From an uncultured archaeon (GTDB lineage: Archaea > Asgardarchaeota > Lokiarchaeia > Sigyniarchaeales > SOKP01): a DNA stretch of 64,000 bases. Where the stretch lies: contig CAZOYD010000001.1 in NCBI GenBank assembly GCA_964583985.1, positions 99,532 through 163,531 on the forward strand. Reading direction: 5' to 3'. Positions within the stretch are counted from its first letter, which is position 1, and every line of letters starts with the position of its first letter. The position numbers and the translations under genes are program-made. This document shows, one piece after another, positions 39,899 through 49,414 of the stretch. Below the pieces are notes generated by a model. That model did no database searches. It saw only the letters and a list, made by a program, of their open reading frames with translations, and was not told the DNA's origin.

Positions 39899-41203
39899 TT
39901 ACTTAGGTTTTTTTCTTTCTTTATCAAACTTTTCACAAAATAGAGCAATTTCATCAATGAGCTCTTTTAAATTATCGATTTGCGACCCAATAAAGTTAAA
40001 TATTTCCTTTCTATACTGAATTGAATCTCTTATTTTCATTTTATCTAATCCAAGATAATTCGGAAAACAAATTAATTTCATTAAATAAGGTAATATTTTT
40101 TCATTGGTTTGTAAATCTTTAAAAATTGTATAAAATATATTTTCCTCTGATAATTTCCATTTTAAAATCCCCATATATATTAAAAATGCAAAATTCATCG
40201 AAATCCAATTAATTAATTCTTTTGATAAAAAGCCTCTGCGTTGAGAAACAAAAGCAAGGTAATGTAAGATAAGGGTTTCATTACTGAATTGAGGAAAATA
40301 TCTTATAGTTCCATCGGATTGTTTATTTGTCCTTAAAAAATTATTTTCTTCTAATATACTTACAAATTCCTCTTTAGGTGCTAAAAATAGATCATCGATT
40401 AAACGCATTCCAATTCGTTCAGCTAAATTTTCGATAGATTCTTCTTCAGCATTAGCAATGGAGTCTATATAAGGTAAAAATATTTCACTTTTTAAAATCA
40501 TTGGAATTTCACGATTAGGCTGTTCGGGAAAATCACCGAAGTTAGGATCAAGATTAAATAATGATGTTATATTGTTAATTATTTGATATAATTTTGGAGA
40601 AATACCAGGTATTTCAAATGAATCTAAATTTTCAAGTTTCTCTCGATAATAGGTGTGTGATTGCAATAAATGCCTTTGGCATTCATAATATTCATTCGAA
40701 AAATTAAGTAGTTTTTCATATATTATTTTTAAACTTGCTCCTTTAGGAAATAAACGCTCTTCTATATATTTACTAAGAGAATATAAGTACGTCTCATCGA
40801 GATTTTTTTGATCTGGATTTGTTATGTGTCTTAAAATATATAAAGCCCCGATTGATTCTTGTAAAAATTCTATGATATAATCTTTTATATCAATAATTGG
40901 AATTGTTCCCCTATACTTAATGATAAAATTCTTGATTATTTCATAGATATTGGATCGATACATTGCAGAAAATTCGGATAATGCTCTTACTTTTCTTATA
41001 TTTCTTTTTTCCTCTTCTTCACGAATTTTATCTAATATTTCCGTATCATTTAATAAATCCGCATCCAAATCACTGATTATTTTTCTTGTTTCTCTAAGAA
41101 TTGGTCTCATATGACTGATAAAAGTAAGATATCTTGGTAAAATATCAGTCCATTTTTCACGCTTCCGACCGGATTTTCTAGTAGATTTTTTTGAGTAACT
41201 CAT
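39899..41203 (-). CDS. Conserved-looking hypothetical protein
   Basis: 434-aa ORF in operon, no motif recognised. Confidence 0.75.
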   Translation of the reverse strand: MSYSKKSTRKSGRKREKWTDILPRYLTFISHMRPILRETRKIISDLDADLLNDTEILDKIREEEEKRNIRKVRALSEFSAMYRSNIYEIIKNFIIKYRGTIPIIDIKDYIIEFLQESIGALYILRHITNPDQKNLDETYLYSLSKYIEERLFPKGASLKIIYEKLLNFSNEYYECQRHLLQSHTYYREKLENLDSFEIPGISPKLYQIINNITSLFNLDPNFGDFPEQPNREIPMILKSEIFLPYIDSIANAEEESIENLAERIGMRLIDDLFLAPKEEFVSILEENNFLRTNKQSDGTIRYFPQFSNETLILHYLAFVSQRRGFLSKELINWISMNFAFLIYMGILKWKLSEENIFYTIFKDLQTNEKILPYLMKLICFPNYLGLDKMKIRDSIQYRKEIFNFIGSQIDNLKELIDEIALFCEKFDKERKKPK

Positions 41204-41221
41204 AATTTTTCATTTAATGAT

Positions 41222-42361
41222 TTATTCATTTTCATATCCAACTACAATTTCTGCAAAAATATTAGCAATTTCCACAAAAATCGGAATCTCAACACGTACC
41301 AATTCACCTAACACCCATTTATTGACATCTTTTAATAGGAAACGTATCTGATTATGAATTTTTTTATTTATTTCTGAATCAATGATTTTTGACAGCCATA
41401 AACCTCCTCCTAATCGATAAGCAATGATTTTTATAAGTGGTTCAAATAATGGTTCTAATACTTGTCGCATCATCCAAGATTTTGGAATGATGCTCATATT
41501 ACTCTCATCATAACCAGGATCATTTAAAATAGGATTAGTTTCGTCCACGGAGAGTTTTGGCATAAAACTCAATAATAAAATTAAGGCGAAAATAGCACAG
41601 ATTCCGTTTATGGTATAAGAACCTCCAATTTTTTCAATATTATCGCTATTTATTGCAATGTTTGCTAAAAACATGCATATAAATACGTTCCTATCAAAAT
41701 TCTCGGATACATAAGCATATCCTAATTTAGGATCAAGTATCAAGTATTTCTCTTCAAGAATTTTAATGATATCATCAGGAAAGGTGAAAAAAGTGTAAAT
41801 TTTTTCTTCGCTCCGTCTTACATCTTTCTCAATGACTAATTTTTTAGAGACTAACCCAAACATATTAACAAGTTCTTCCAGCTGTTTTTTAATGTAGTGG
41901 CGAGGTTTATTTGGATCTCCAAACATTGCATAAAATTGATGATCTACGATATGAAAATCATTCCTTTTACTGAAAGCTTCGACCATTCTATCTATAATAG
42001 GAGTTTGAGTTCCTGATGCAATTGCTTTTGCTTTTGAGGAGACAAAACCATTAAGTAATTCATTTATAATAAAGTCTTGTTCGTGGGTTCGGGACTTTAA
42101 AATCTTACTAAATGCTTCTGAGAAATTCTTCGTCTTAGGGAAAAAAAAATTTTGAATTTTTTCATTTATTGCCTTCTTAAATAAGTCCCCATCATTTCGT
42201 GGGAAATGTAACTTCATATTTTCAAGTCTTTGTATTAAGGCATCTTTTGCTCCGGGTATATTCTCAACATCCCGTTTTGCCACTTGCTCAATTGCTAATT
42301 CAAGACCTTTTTCAAAAGATTGTAAGAGTTGCCTCCAAGTCGAATCTATAATTTCCCCCAT
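41222..42361 (-). CDS. Hypothetical protein
   Basis: 379-aa ORF in operon with GGTGGTG SD. Confidence 0.75.
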   Translation of the reverse strand: MGEIIDSTWRQLLQSFEKGLELAIEQVAKRDVENIPGAKDALIQRLENMKLHFPRNDGDLFKKAINEKIQNFFFPKTKNFSEAFSKILKSRTHEQDFIINELLNGFVSSKAKAIASGTQTPIIDRMVEAFSKRNDFHIVDHQFYAMFGDPNKPRHYIKKQLEELVNMFGLVSKKLVIEKDVRRSEEKIYTFFTFPDDIIKILEEKYLILDPKLGYAYVSENFDRNVFICMFLANIAINSDNIEKIGGSYTINGICAIFALILLLSFMPKLSVDETNPILNDPGYDESNMSIIPKSWMMRQVLEPLFEPLIKIIAYRLGGGLWLSKIIDSEINKKIHNQIRFLLKDVNKWVLGELVRVEIPIFVEIANIFAEIVVGYENE

Positions 42362-42376
42362 TTTGCACCACCTAAT

Positions 42377-43336
42377 TCAGGTCCAATTTAAATCATTAGA
42401 TATTTTTTTTAGAGCATTGATCAATGGTCTAATATCCTTTTTATCATAAATATTTGGAGACGATACTCCCTTTTGCGCTTTCCATCCCATTTGAGTGCCT
42501 TCAGCCATCTCTCTCTGTCCATATTTAATTAGTTTACTAAAATCTCGAGTCCACCAATAAAATCTAAGCCATCGTTTATTTGGATTATTACTTGAATAGA
42601 TGACAACTATCGCTTTCCACTCACCTACAAGCCATTTGATGGTGATTCCACTTATAGGCATGTAGAAATTAATAGGAAAATTACTATGAAATTGCAAGTC
42701 AAGGTCTTCAGGATCAATATTAAAAATTGGTTGATTATATCCTTCTAAAATCACAATTTCTGAACAATGTTGGCATATATAATGAGATTTATGTTTTTCC
42801 ATTTTCTGCTGGCAATTGGGGCATGTTTTATTCTCAAGGATGCGATATTTAATGATGTCTAATTTTTTATTTTTGTCTGCATCCTCTTTAGTTTCTGAAT
42901 TGGTTTTACCATAACTTCCTTTCCAATTCCATAATTCATCGAAAAATTCATCAATTTTTTCCAATGCTTTAATTAAATTATTTAACACGCTATTATCATA
43001 AATTTTAATCATTCCTGCATGTTGGTATGTTTTCCACCACGAAATTCTTACGTATCTCTCACTTTTTAACAAGGTACTATGACAAATTAAAGCTGCTAAT
43101 ACTCTAGCTTCAGTTTTACTGATAATTATCCCTTTCTCACAAATTTCATACTCTTTATTCAGAGTTAGCTGGGTATGGAAATACTCTCCATCTAAATATT
43201 CTCCTTTCTTGTCGGTTTCTTCTGAAATTTGTTCACTGTTTTTGTCTTTAGGCTTCAATATCTTTCTACATTGAGGGCATTGGAAAATTCCTGCTACAAG
43301 AGGTTCCATTTCAACATTACATGAGGGACATTTCAT
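42377..43336 (-). CDS. Duplicated Zn-ribbon + PC4-like domain protein
   Basis: CPSC..CPQC and CPNC..CQHC ribbons, each followed by a YVRISWW / WLRFYWW..WKAQKGV unit. Confidence 0.7.
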   Translation of the reverse strand: MKCPSCNVEMEPLVAGIFQCPQCRKILKPKDKNSEQISEETDKKGEYLDGEYFHTQLTLNKEYEICEKGIIISKTEARVLAALICHSTLLKSERYVRISWWKTYQHAGMIKIYDNSVLNNLIKALEKIDEFFDELWNWKGSYGKTNSETKEDADKNKKLDIIKYRILENKTCPNCQQKMEKHKSHYICQHCSEIVILEGYNQPIFNIDPEDLDLQFHSNFPINFYMPISGITIKWLVGEWKAIVVIYSSNNPNKRWLRFYWWTRDFSKLIKYGQREMAEGTQMGWKAQKGVSSPNIYDKKDIRPLINALKKISNDLNWT

Positions 43337-43338
43337 AA

Positions 43339-44439
43339 TTATTCATTCTTGCTTTCTATTATTAATCTTTCATAATCTAAATTTAATAACTTCAATTCTT
43401 TTTTAGTCAAATCTGAAATTTTGTCATTAATTTCCACAATTATTTCTCTTAATTTTATGAGCGTGTCTTGAATAATATTTACTAGTCCATCTTCATTAAA
43501 AGAGATTTTTTCGATGAATTTAATATAATTATGTTTTTTGTTTTTCCCAGAATAATAGTTTCTTAATTCATTAATCTGAACTTGAATCTTATTTAATTCG
43601 CATCTGGAATTTAATAAGAAGGTTAGATCTTTGTACCATTTTTTATATATATCATTTGATTTTTCAATATTATCTAAATCAAATTTATCTGATAATTGAA
43701 TTTTAGAATCCTTTAAAAAAGAAATAACTTCTTTTTCTTGTTCTATTGCTTCATCTATCTTTTTCATTCCGGATTTAGAATTTAATACGGGATCAAATAA
43801 CTCAATGTAATTATTGACTTTTTCCATTAATTCTTCAAATCGTTGGTAAAATCCTTCAATTGTGATTTCAATTTTAATCGCTTGATAGATATTACCATAA
43901 TGATCTAATATATAATAGAGATCATTAGAAAGTGTGTAGTCATGTTCTCCAATTTCATATATAAATGGATGAATAACACTGCTTTTTTCACAACTAACAC
44001 TCTTTAATCTCGTGAGTGCGAGATTGAAATTTCTTCTGGTTAGAAACTTGAATTTTTTTTTTATAATTAGGAAGAGAACATCATCAGGTATGGAAATCGT
44101 GTCATTTTCAATTGTGATGGTTTCTTCTCCTAATTTGAGTATAAAATCTCCTTCTAATTTATTAAATTCGCCTAAACTCCTTACATTTTTGAAAACCCCT
44201 AGATCTATCATTATACCAATAAAATCTTCATCCCAAAATTTAATTACGTTATTTTTAAAAATTTCATCCAAGATTAAAACTCTATCATAAGATTCAATCA
44301 ATTTTGAATCAGTTAGATCTTTAAATAAATCATTACGAATAATATACATAAATAAGATGATGTAACGCATATCTACATCATCAAGGATCCGGATTAACAA
44401 ATTTTCATCTTCTTCTATTGAAAGAGACTTATGTTCCAT
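43339..44439 (-). CDS. Hypothetical winged-helix + coiled-coil protein
   Basis: LTRRNFNLALTRLK..YTLS wHTH-like segment followed by helical C-terminus; first gene of operon. Confidence 0.65.
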   Translation of the reverse strand: MEHKSLSIEEDENLLIRILDDVDMRYIILFMYIIRNDLFKDLTDSKLIESYDRVLILDEIFKNNVIKFWDEDFIGIMIDLGVFKNVRSLGEFNKLEGDFILKLGEETITIENDTISIPDDVLFLIIKKKFKFLTRRNFNLALTRLKSVSCEKSSVIHPFIYEIGEHDYTLSNDLYYILDHYGNIYQAIKIEITIEGFYQRFEELMEKVNNYIELFDPVLNSKSGMKKIDEAIEQEKEVISFLKDSKIQLSDKFDLDNIEKSNDIYKKWYKDLTFLLNSRCELNKIQVQINELRNYYSGKNKKHNYIKFIEKISFNEDGLVNIIQDTLIKLREIIVEINDKISDLTKKELKLLNLDYERLIIESKNE

Positions 44440-44610
44440 GCCTATTGTCCACTCATCTTAATTTTAATCATTTCAATTAAAAAGAGTAATGATCATAATT
44501 AAGCATTCCTAAAAAATTTTATGGTCTCCTATAATTTCTCTTTAAAAAAGCGAAATTTTTTTAGTTTTGGTTCACTTATCATTATTGTAATAATTTTCGC
44601 GTGAAGTTCT

Positions 44611-45189
44611 ATGGGAAGAAGAAAAAGAAAGCAACAATCGTATAAACGAGTAAAAAAAGTGCCAAAAATTTTCACATGCCCAAATTGTGGGGAGAAAAGC
44701 GTCAAAGTAGAAAATATTAGAAAGTCAGCAATTGCAACGGTCAAATGTGGATATTGTGGATTAAATAGAGACGTGATAGTTAATTCTATATCCGAACCAG
44801 TTGATGCTTTTGGAGATTTCATTGACATTTATTACGCGGACCAAGAGCTACAAAGGTTAGAAAAAAGAATCTCTAAATTAAAAAAAGAAAATGAATGGGG
44901 TGAATTAGCTTTATCGTATTCTATTTTATCGGATATATGTCGAGCAAAAGCAGCAGCGGCTTTGGATGAGGAAGAGGGTGATAAATTGGAAATGGCAACT
45001 CAGTGGCGTACAAAATCCGAAGAATACAAGCAACTTGAAAAGGGAGCTTTGCTACAATTGGACACTCTTGAACTTGAAAAAGGTATTAAAACTGATGAAG
45101 ATTCGTTATTTGATGAAACGGAAGGGAAGGTAAAGCGTGAAAAGAAAATTGAAGATATCTTTGATGACCCTGGATTTTTAGAGTTTTAA
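44611..45189 (+). CDS. elf1: Transcription elongation factor Elf1 with C-terminal extension
   Basis: MGRRK..FTCPNC..CGYCG..EPVDAFGDFID. Confidence 0.88.
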   Translation: MGRRKRKQQSYKRVKKVPKIFTCPNCGEKSVKVENIRKSAIATVKCGYCGLNRDVIVNSISEPVDAFGDFIDIYYADQELQRLEKRISKLKKENEWGELALSYSILSDICRAKAAAALDEEEGDKLEMATQWRTKSEEYKQLEKGALLQLDTLELEKGIKTDEDSLFDETEGKVKREKKIEDIFDDPGFLEF

Positions 45190-45589
45190 TAATTCAAATT
45201 TAGAAACTAAATCTTTTATATGATTTTTGTTTCAATTGATTTGTAAGAATGAATTGATACTAATTATTAAATGCTATTTTATTAAATAAAATCATCAAGT
45301 TAAAGCTAATCGGAACATATATTTATGTTAGAGAGCTTACTAAATAGATCCCAAATCTCCTTGATTTTGAGGATCAATTTCTGGATATGCAGATTTAGCC
45401 CCAGATCTATGAAATAATTCATAGAAAGGATAGGAATGAGTTTATTTATTTTTCTATTTACTATAGCAACGTAATTCTCATCCATTATCACTACTCATTT
45501 TAATTATGTTAGGTCTAAAATTAAATAGAATGAGATAAGTAATTGGATTAAAAATCTTAAAGGAATATGAAGTAATTAACTTAGGTACA

Positions 45590-46054
45590 TTATTCTTGGT
45601 TACGTTTGGCAAATAATTGTTTTAGTTCACCCATTATTGCTCCCCTTAAACTTTGTGGATTTGCTGGTCGATTCCCTCCAGGTCCTCCAGGTAATGGGGG
45701 TGGTCCCCCGGGCGGTCCTCCGGGCGGTCCTCCGGGCGGTCCCCCGGGCGGTCTTCCGGGTGGTCCCCCTAATGGGGGAGGTGCACTACTTGGAGCGCTA
45801 GGTGCGGCTACAATTGGAGTAGAGAGCGCTGATTTAGCTTTTATATTAGATACTTCTGTATTTATGGTATTAATTCGTGATTCCATTGTTGTAATTTGCT
45901 GATTTATTGTTAATAGAGCTTGATCAACTAGATCTGGGATCCTTAGAAACATTGTCATCATTTTTTCCACAATATCTCCAAAAGCATTAATCTTTTCTTC
46001 AATCGGTGATTTACGAGCATTTTCTAAAAAGCTGGTAAACTCTTCTGCACACAT
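45590..46054 (-). CDS. Coiled-coil + polyproline (GGPP)n protein with C-terminal amphipathic helix
   Basis: 154 aa; PPPLGGPPGRPPGGPPGGPPGGPPGGPPPLPGG; SLRGAIMGELKQLFAKR. Confidence 0.85.
   Translation of the reverse strand: MCAEEFTSFLENARKSPIEEKINAFGDIVEKMMTMFLRIPDLVDQALLTINQQITTMESRINTINTEVSNIKAKSALSTPIVAAPSAPSSAPPPLGGPPGRPPGGPPGGPPGGPPGGPPPLPGGPGGNRPANPQSLRGAIMGELKQLFAKRNQE
45702..45770 (-). repeat. 12-nt GC-rich coding tandem repeat (GGPP)
   Basis: ccgggcggtcc(t/c) units on the + strand. Confidence 0.9.
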
Positions 46055-46191
46055 TTTTTAATCTCGGTAAATATTAACTGATTTTCATAGAAATTTTTAA
46101 TAATTATATGTTAGAGATGTTTAATAAATTTAAGCAGTTACTTAGGAAAAGTTATTAAGTTGATATTCGAAAAAAAATAATAAAGAATTAG

Positions 46192-46824
46192 TTAGCTTGA
46201 CTTGGATACGGTTTCTTTTATTTTTAACCATAAATTGTCTACCTCGTCTCTTACTTGTAAAAATTGATTAATTTTTTTAAGCATTACATCTCGAGCTCTA
46301 TCAAATTCTCTTTGAATATCATTTAATTCAGATTCATAAATTTTTATTTTTTCGCCTTCTTCCAAGTTGTTTTTCTTTTTTTCAACAAATAAAGCCTTTT
46401 TTATGATAGTGCTTCTCCTTTGGGCCACCTCGTTTAGTGCATCAGCAAATTCTTCTTCTTTTTCAATTAAATAATCCTTTTTCAGTGTAAGATTTTTTAT
46501 TGAATCAATATAACCCTTGTTAGCTTCAATATATTTATCATTTTGATGGATAATATCATCAAACAATCTTACTTCTTCATCTTTAATATTAGACCGCTTT
46601 TCTCTTACCAATGTTTGCATTTGTTTTAAAACGTCCCTATAAGTTCGATTCATCATTTCTCTTGCGAAATTGGCTTTAGTTAAATTTTCCGCGTATTTTT
46701 TCTGAGAATTTACTAGTGTTGATTGAGCTTTGGCTAGTTTTTTAATTTCTTTAACGAGTTCTTGCTCAATTTTAGCTAATTCTAACTCATCTTCATGTGT
46801 TATTATTGGACTCAAAATTTTCAA
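46192..46824 (-). CDS. All-helical coiled-coil protein (possibly BAR-like)
   Basis: 210 aa, continuous heptad pattern. Confidence 0.7.
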   Translation of the reverse strand: MKILSPIITHEDELELAKIEQELVKEIKKLAKAQSTLVNSQKKYAENLTKANFAREMMNRTYRDVLKQMQTLVREKRSNIKDEEVRLFDDIIHQNDKYIEANKGYIDSIKNLTLKKDYLIEKEEEFADALNEVAQRRSTIIKKALFVEKKKNNLEEGEKIKIYESELNDIQREFDRARDVMLKKINQFLQVRDEVDNLWLKIKETVSKSS

Positions 46825-46901
46825 CTCGATAAAATAATCATTTTATTGATATTATTTTTATAATGATTTGATATTATAATTTTTAGGTTTTTTATCGTGA
46901 T

Positions 46902-47936
46902 TTAATTAGGAGGAAATTTGGCTGTCAAGATATTATCTTTATAATTAGCTTTTATAATTTTCACTTTTATTTCACTTCCAATCATATTATCCGTAAATTT
47001 AAGTGGATTTTTTAGTAGCACTTTTATGCCTATATCTTCAGTAATTTTACCAATACATTCCGAACCCCAACGTCCTTTAGATACGATTTTTAATTTTATT
47101 TCATCATTTTTTTTTAAATTTAAAGTAGGGATCGATGCTCGTCGATGAATTCCAAAATCTTTAGGTCCAAGTTTTAATTTTAATCCGTATTTTTTTTCCA
47201 AATTTGAAAGCTGCTCATAAAAGTATCCCCACGATTTTGGATGGGTTCTACTGAGTTTTCTTCCCGTTTTATATACTAAGTATTTTTGTATACCAATTTT
47301 TGGGATTTGGGAATATCCTTGATTTTCTAAGGAGAGTACATATTTGATTATATCCTCAATATCGTCATCATTTTTTCCAGGAAACCATACCGGTGCAATT
47401 AATACATCGATTTTTGATGCAATAAGTAATTTTATATTATCTAATAATACATTTACACCATAAGATTTGCATCCACACAAATTTCTTGCTAGATTTTCAT
47501 TTAGTGTATTTAGACTGATATTTATTCTTGTTAGTTTTAATAATTCTAATCTTTCGATATTTTTTTTAGTTAACAGTAATCCATTGGTTTGCATAGAAAT
47601 TAGTGAAATTCCTTCTATTCGCCATAATTTCTCCAATAGGTCATATAATTCGGGATATAATAAACTTTCACCATAAGGTGCAATATGTATCTCTAAATCA
47701 TGAGCTCCTTTGATTTCTATTATTTTTTTTATTCCTTTTTCTATATATTCTGAACTAACAATAAAGTTTGTTTGATATTCTCCAGCGCTAACAAAGCAAT
47801 ACTTGCACTTCAAATTACATAATGTTATAGGTTTAATTTCAATAATATTTGTCCCGCGATCTATTAAACCTAAAAAATCTACACCCATCAATGGGATGTT
47901 TGATGTCTCATTAACATAAATTGTATCATTATACAT
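46902..47936 (-). CDS. Archaeal radical SAM protein (COG2100-like)
   Basis: GLIDRGTNIIEIKP..CNLKCKYC, ISMQTNG. Confidence 0.88.
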   Translation of the reverse strand: MYNDTIYVNETSNIPLMGVDFLGLIDRGTNIIEIKPITLCNLKCKYCFVSAGEYQTNFIVSSEYIEKGIKKIIEIKGAHDLEIHIAPYGESLLYPELYDLLEKLWRIEGISLISMQTNGLLLTKKNIERLELLKLTRINISLNTLNENLARNLCGCKSYGVNVLLDNIKLLIASKIDVLIAPVWFPGKNDDDIEDIIKYVLSLENQGYSQIPKIGIQKYLVYKTGRKLSRTHPKSWGYFYEQLSNLEKKYGLKLKLGPKDFGIHRRASIPTLNLKKNDEIKLKIVSKGRWGSECIGKITEDIGIKVLLKNPLKFTDNMIGSEIKVKIIKANYKDNILTAKFPPN

Positions 47937-47954
47937 TTAATACGCCATTATTAG

Positions 47955-49028
47955 TTAATATTTATATCTTAGGATAGCTACGAGAGATCCCAAATCTTCA
48001 ATACGTTGTCCAGTTGGATGCTCACTACTCATAATATGGATTACTCCTTGTGATTTCTCTACATTGCTAATTATTCGTTCAATACGTAATTTTTGATTTT
48101 TTTTCGCTCCTCGAATTAGAGTATCAACAAGAAACAATTCTTTTACTGCACCATTCTCCGATGCGATATCTATTTCATCAAATCCAATCGCAACTAGATC
48201 GGGATTTTTATCAAACAAAGTAAAGATATCCTCTATATTTTGGCTCTCTTGTAGAATTTTAACATTACTTTTTATTTTTGCTAATTTTTTTGATTTTAGA
48301 ATCTCAATAATTCCACTTTCTGTCCCAGAACTCGCATGAAAGGTCTGAATTTTATTTTGATAAGGTACTTTTGCTTTTTCTTTCAAATAGGTCAAAAAAT
48401 GTTCCTTAACACTTCCAGGTCCACATAAAACGATTAAATTAATATCATTTATCTTCAAATTTTCTCCAAGTATCTTATCTACTTCCGCAAAAAAATCTTG
48501 ATATGCTTTATTTCTATGTGTTTGCTCGTATCGCTTTCCAGGAATGTTTCTTTTTATAGTAGCAATTCTTTTATGGCTGAAATTTGTAGTAAGGGAGATT
48601 GTAGCTAAACCTGTTTCTATAGCAACAATAATCATATTAAAATTAACCTCGAATTTGGAGGGTTCACTTAATCTCTTTATTTCGTTTTTCAACCATTTTT
48701 CTTTTATGATAACCAATTTCTGGCCAATTTCAATATTTAAAGTATGATGGGTTCCAAAACTTACAAAATCGTCAGGTCCTTCTAATATTGTGCCCTTGAT
48801 CCTTAAACGATTCGAAAATTCATGAAATGAGAAATCTTCCACATTAATTTTAAGATACATTGGTTTACGTTCTCCTTTAGAACCTTCTTTTAATACTATT
48901 CTTCTCTGCGTTCGGGCAGCAACTTTGTCATTTTCTGCTATTATGTTGTATAGGGTCCATAAATCGTTTAAGTTCTCGATCTGAACTGAAACTTCTCCCA
49001 ATTTCTCATTTATGTCCAGAATCTTCAT
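47955..49028 (-). CDS. pelA: mRNA surveillance protein Pelota
   Basis: NLNDLWTLYNII, NRLRIKG, GTHHTL, IPGKR, AILRY. Confidence 0.95.
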   Translation of the reverse strand: MKILDINEKLGEVSVQIENLNDLWTLYNIIAENDKVAARTQRRIVLKEGSKGERKPMYLKINVEDFSFHEFSNRLRIKGTILEGPDDFVSFGTHHTLNIEIGQKLVIIKEKWLKNEIKRLSEPSKFEVNFNMIIVAIETGLATISLTTNFSHKRIATIKRNIPGKRYEQTHRNKAYQDFFAEVDKILGENLKINDINLIVLCGPGSVKEHFLTYLKEKAKVPYQNKIQTFHASSGTESGIIEILKSKKLAKIKSNVKILQESQNIEDIFTLFDKNPDLVAIGFDEIDIASENGAVKELFLVDTLIRGAKKNQKLRIERIISNVEKSQGVIHIMSSEHPTGQRIEDLGSLVAILRYKY

Positions 49029-49155
49029 TTACAATCATTTGATCTAATGATAAGGTTAAAACTAAAAGGTATTAGTAATTGAAAAGTATTTTTTCCAATA
49101 AAGTTATATGCTCCAAATTAGAAAAATAAATAAAAAAAAATTATAAAAAAATAGA

Positions 49156-49308
49156 TTATTTATCTCCAAGAGCTTCTTTTATCTTCTCCAATTCTTCCAT
49201 GCGCTTCTTCTTTTCTTCCTCGCGTCGCTGCATTTCTTTTTCGTCTACTTTTTGGAGAGTAACGCCCTTTTTTATATCCTCTTTCAGTTCATTATCAATT
49301 GGGGTCAT
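49156..49308 (-). CDS. 50-aa WH2-like microprotein (not in ORF track)
   Basis: MTPIDNELKEDIKKGVTLQKVDEKEMQRREEEKKKRMEELEKIKEALGDK; GAGGT SD before the ATG; T-rich terminator-like tract downstream. Confidence 0.75.
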   Translation of the reverse strand: MTPIDNELKEDIKKGVTLQKVDEKEMQRREEEKKKRMEELEKIKEALGDK

Positions 49309-49414
49309 TATACCTCAGCATTCCTTATTTTAAATACTAATCTGAATTTGTAGCATTTATAGATACAGATATTATAATAGTTTTTATTTATAAGTTTAAG
49401 TTAATGATAAAAAG

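Noticed and set aside
45306-45491. 61-aa minus-strand ORF downstream of the polyproline gene
   Set aside because: No motif; cannot be separated from a chance ORF
45606-45902. Plus-strand Gly/Pro-rich ORF
   Set aside because: Antisense shadow of the GGPP repeat gene
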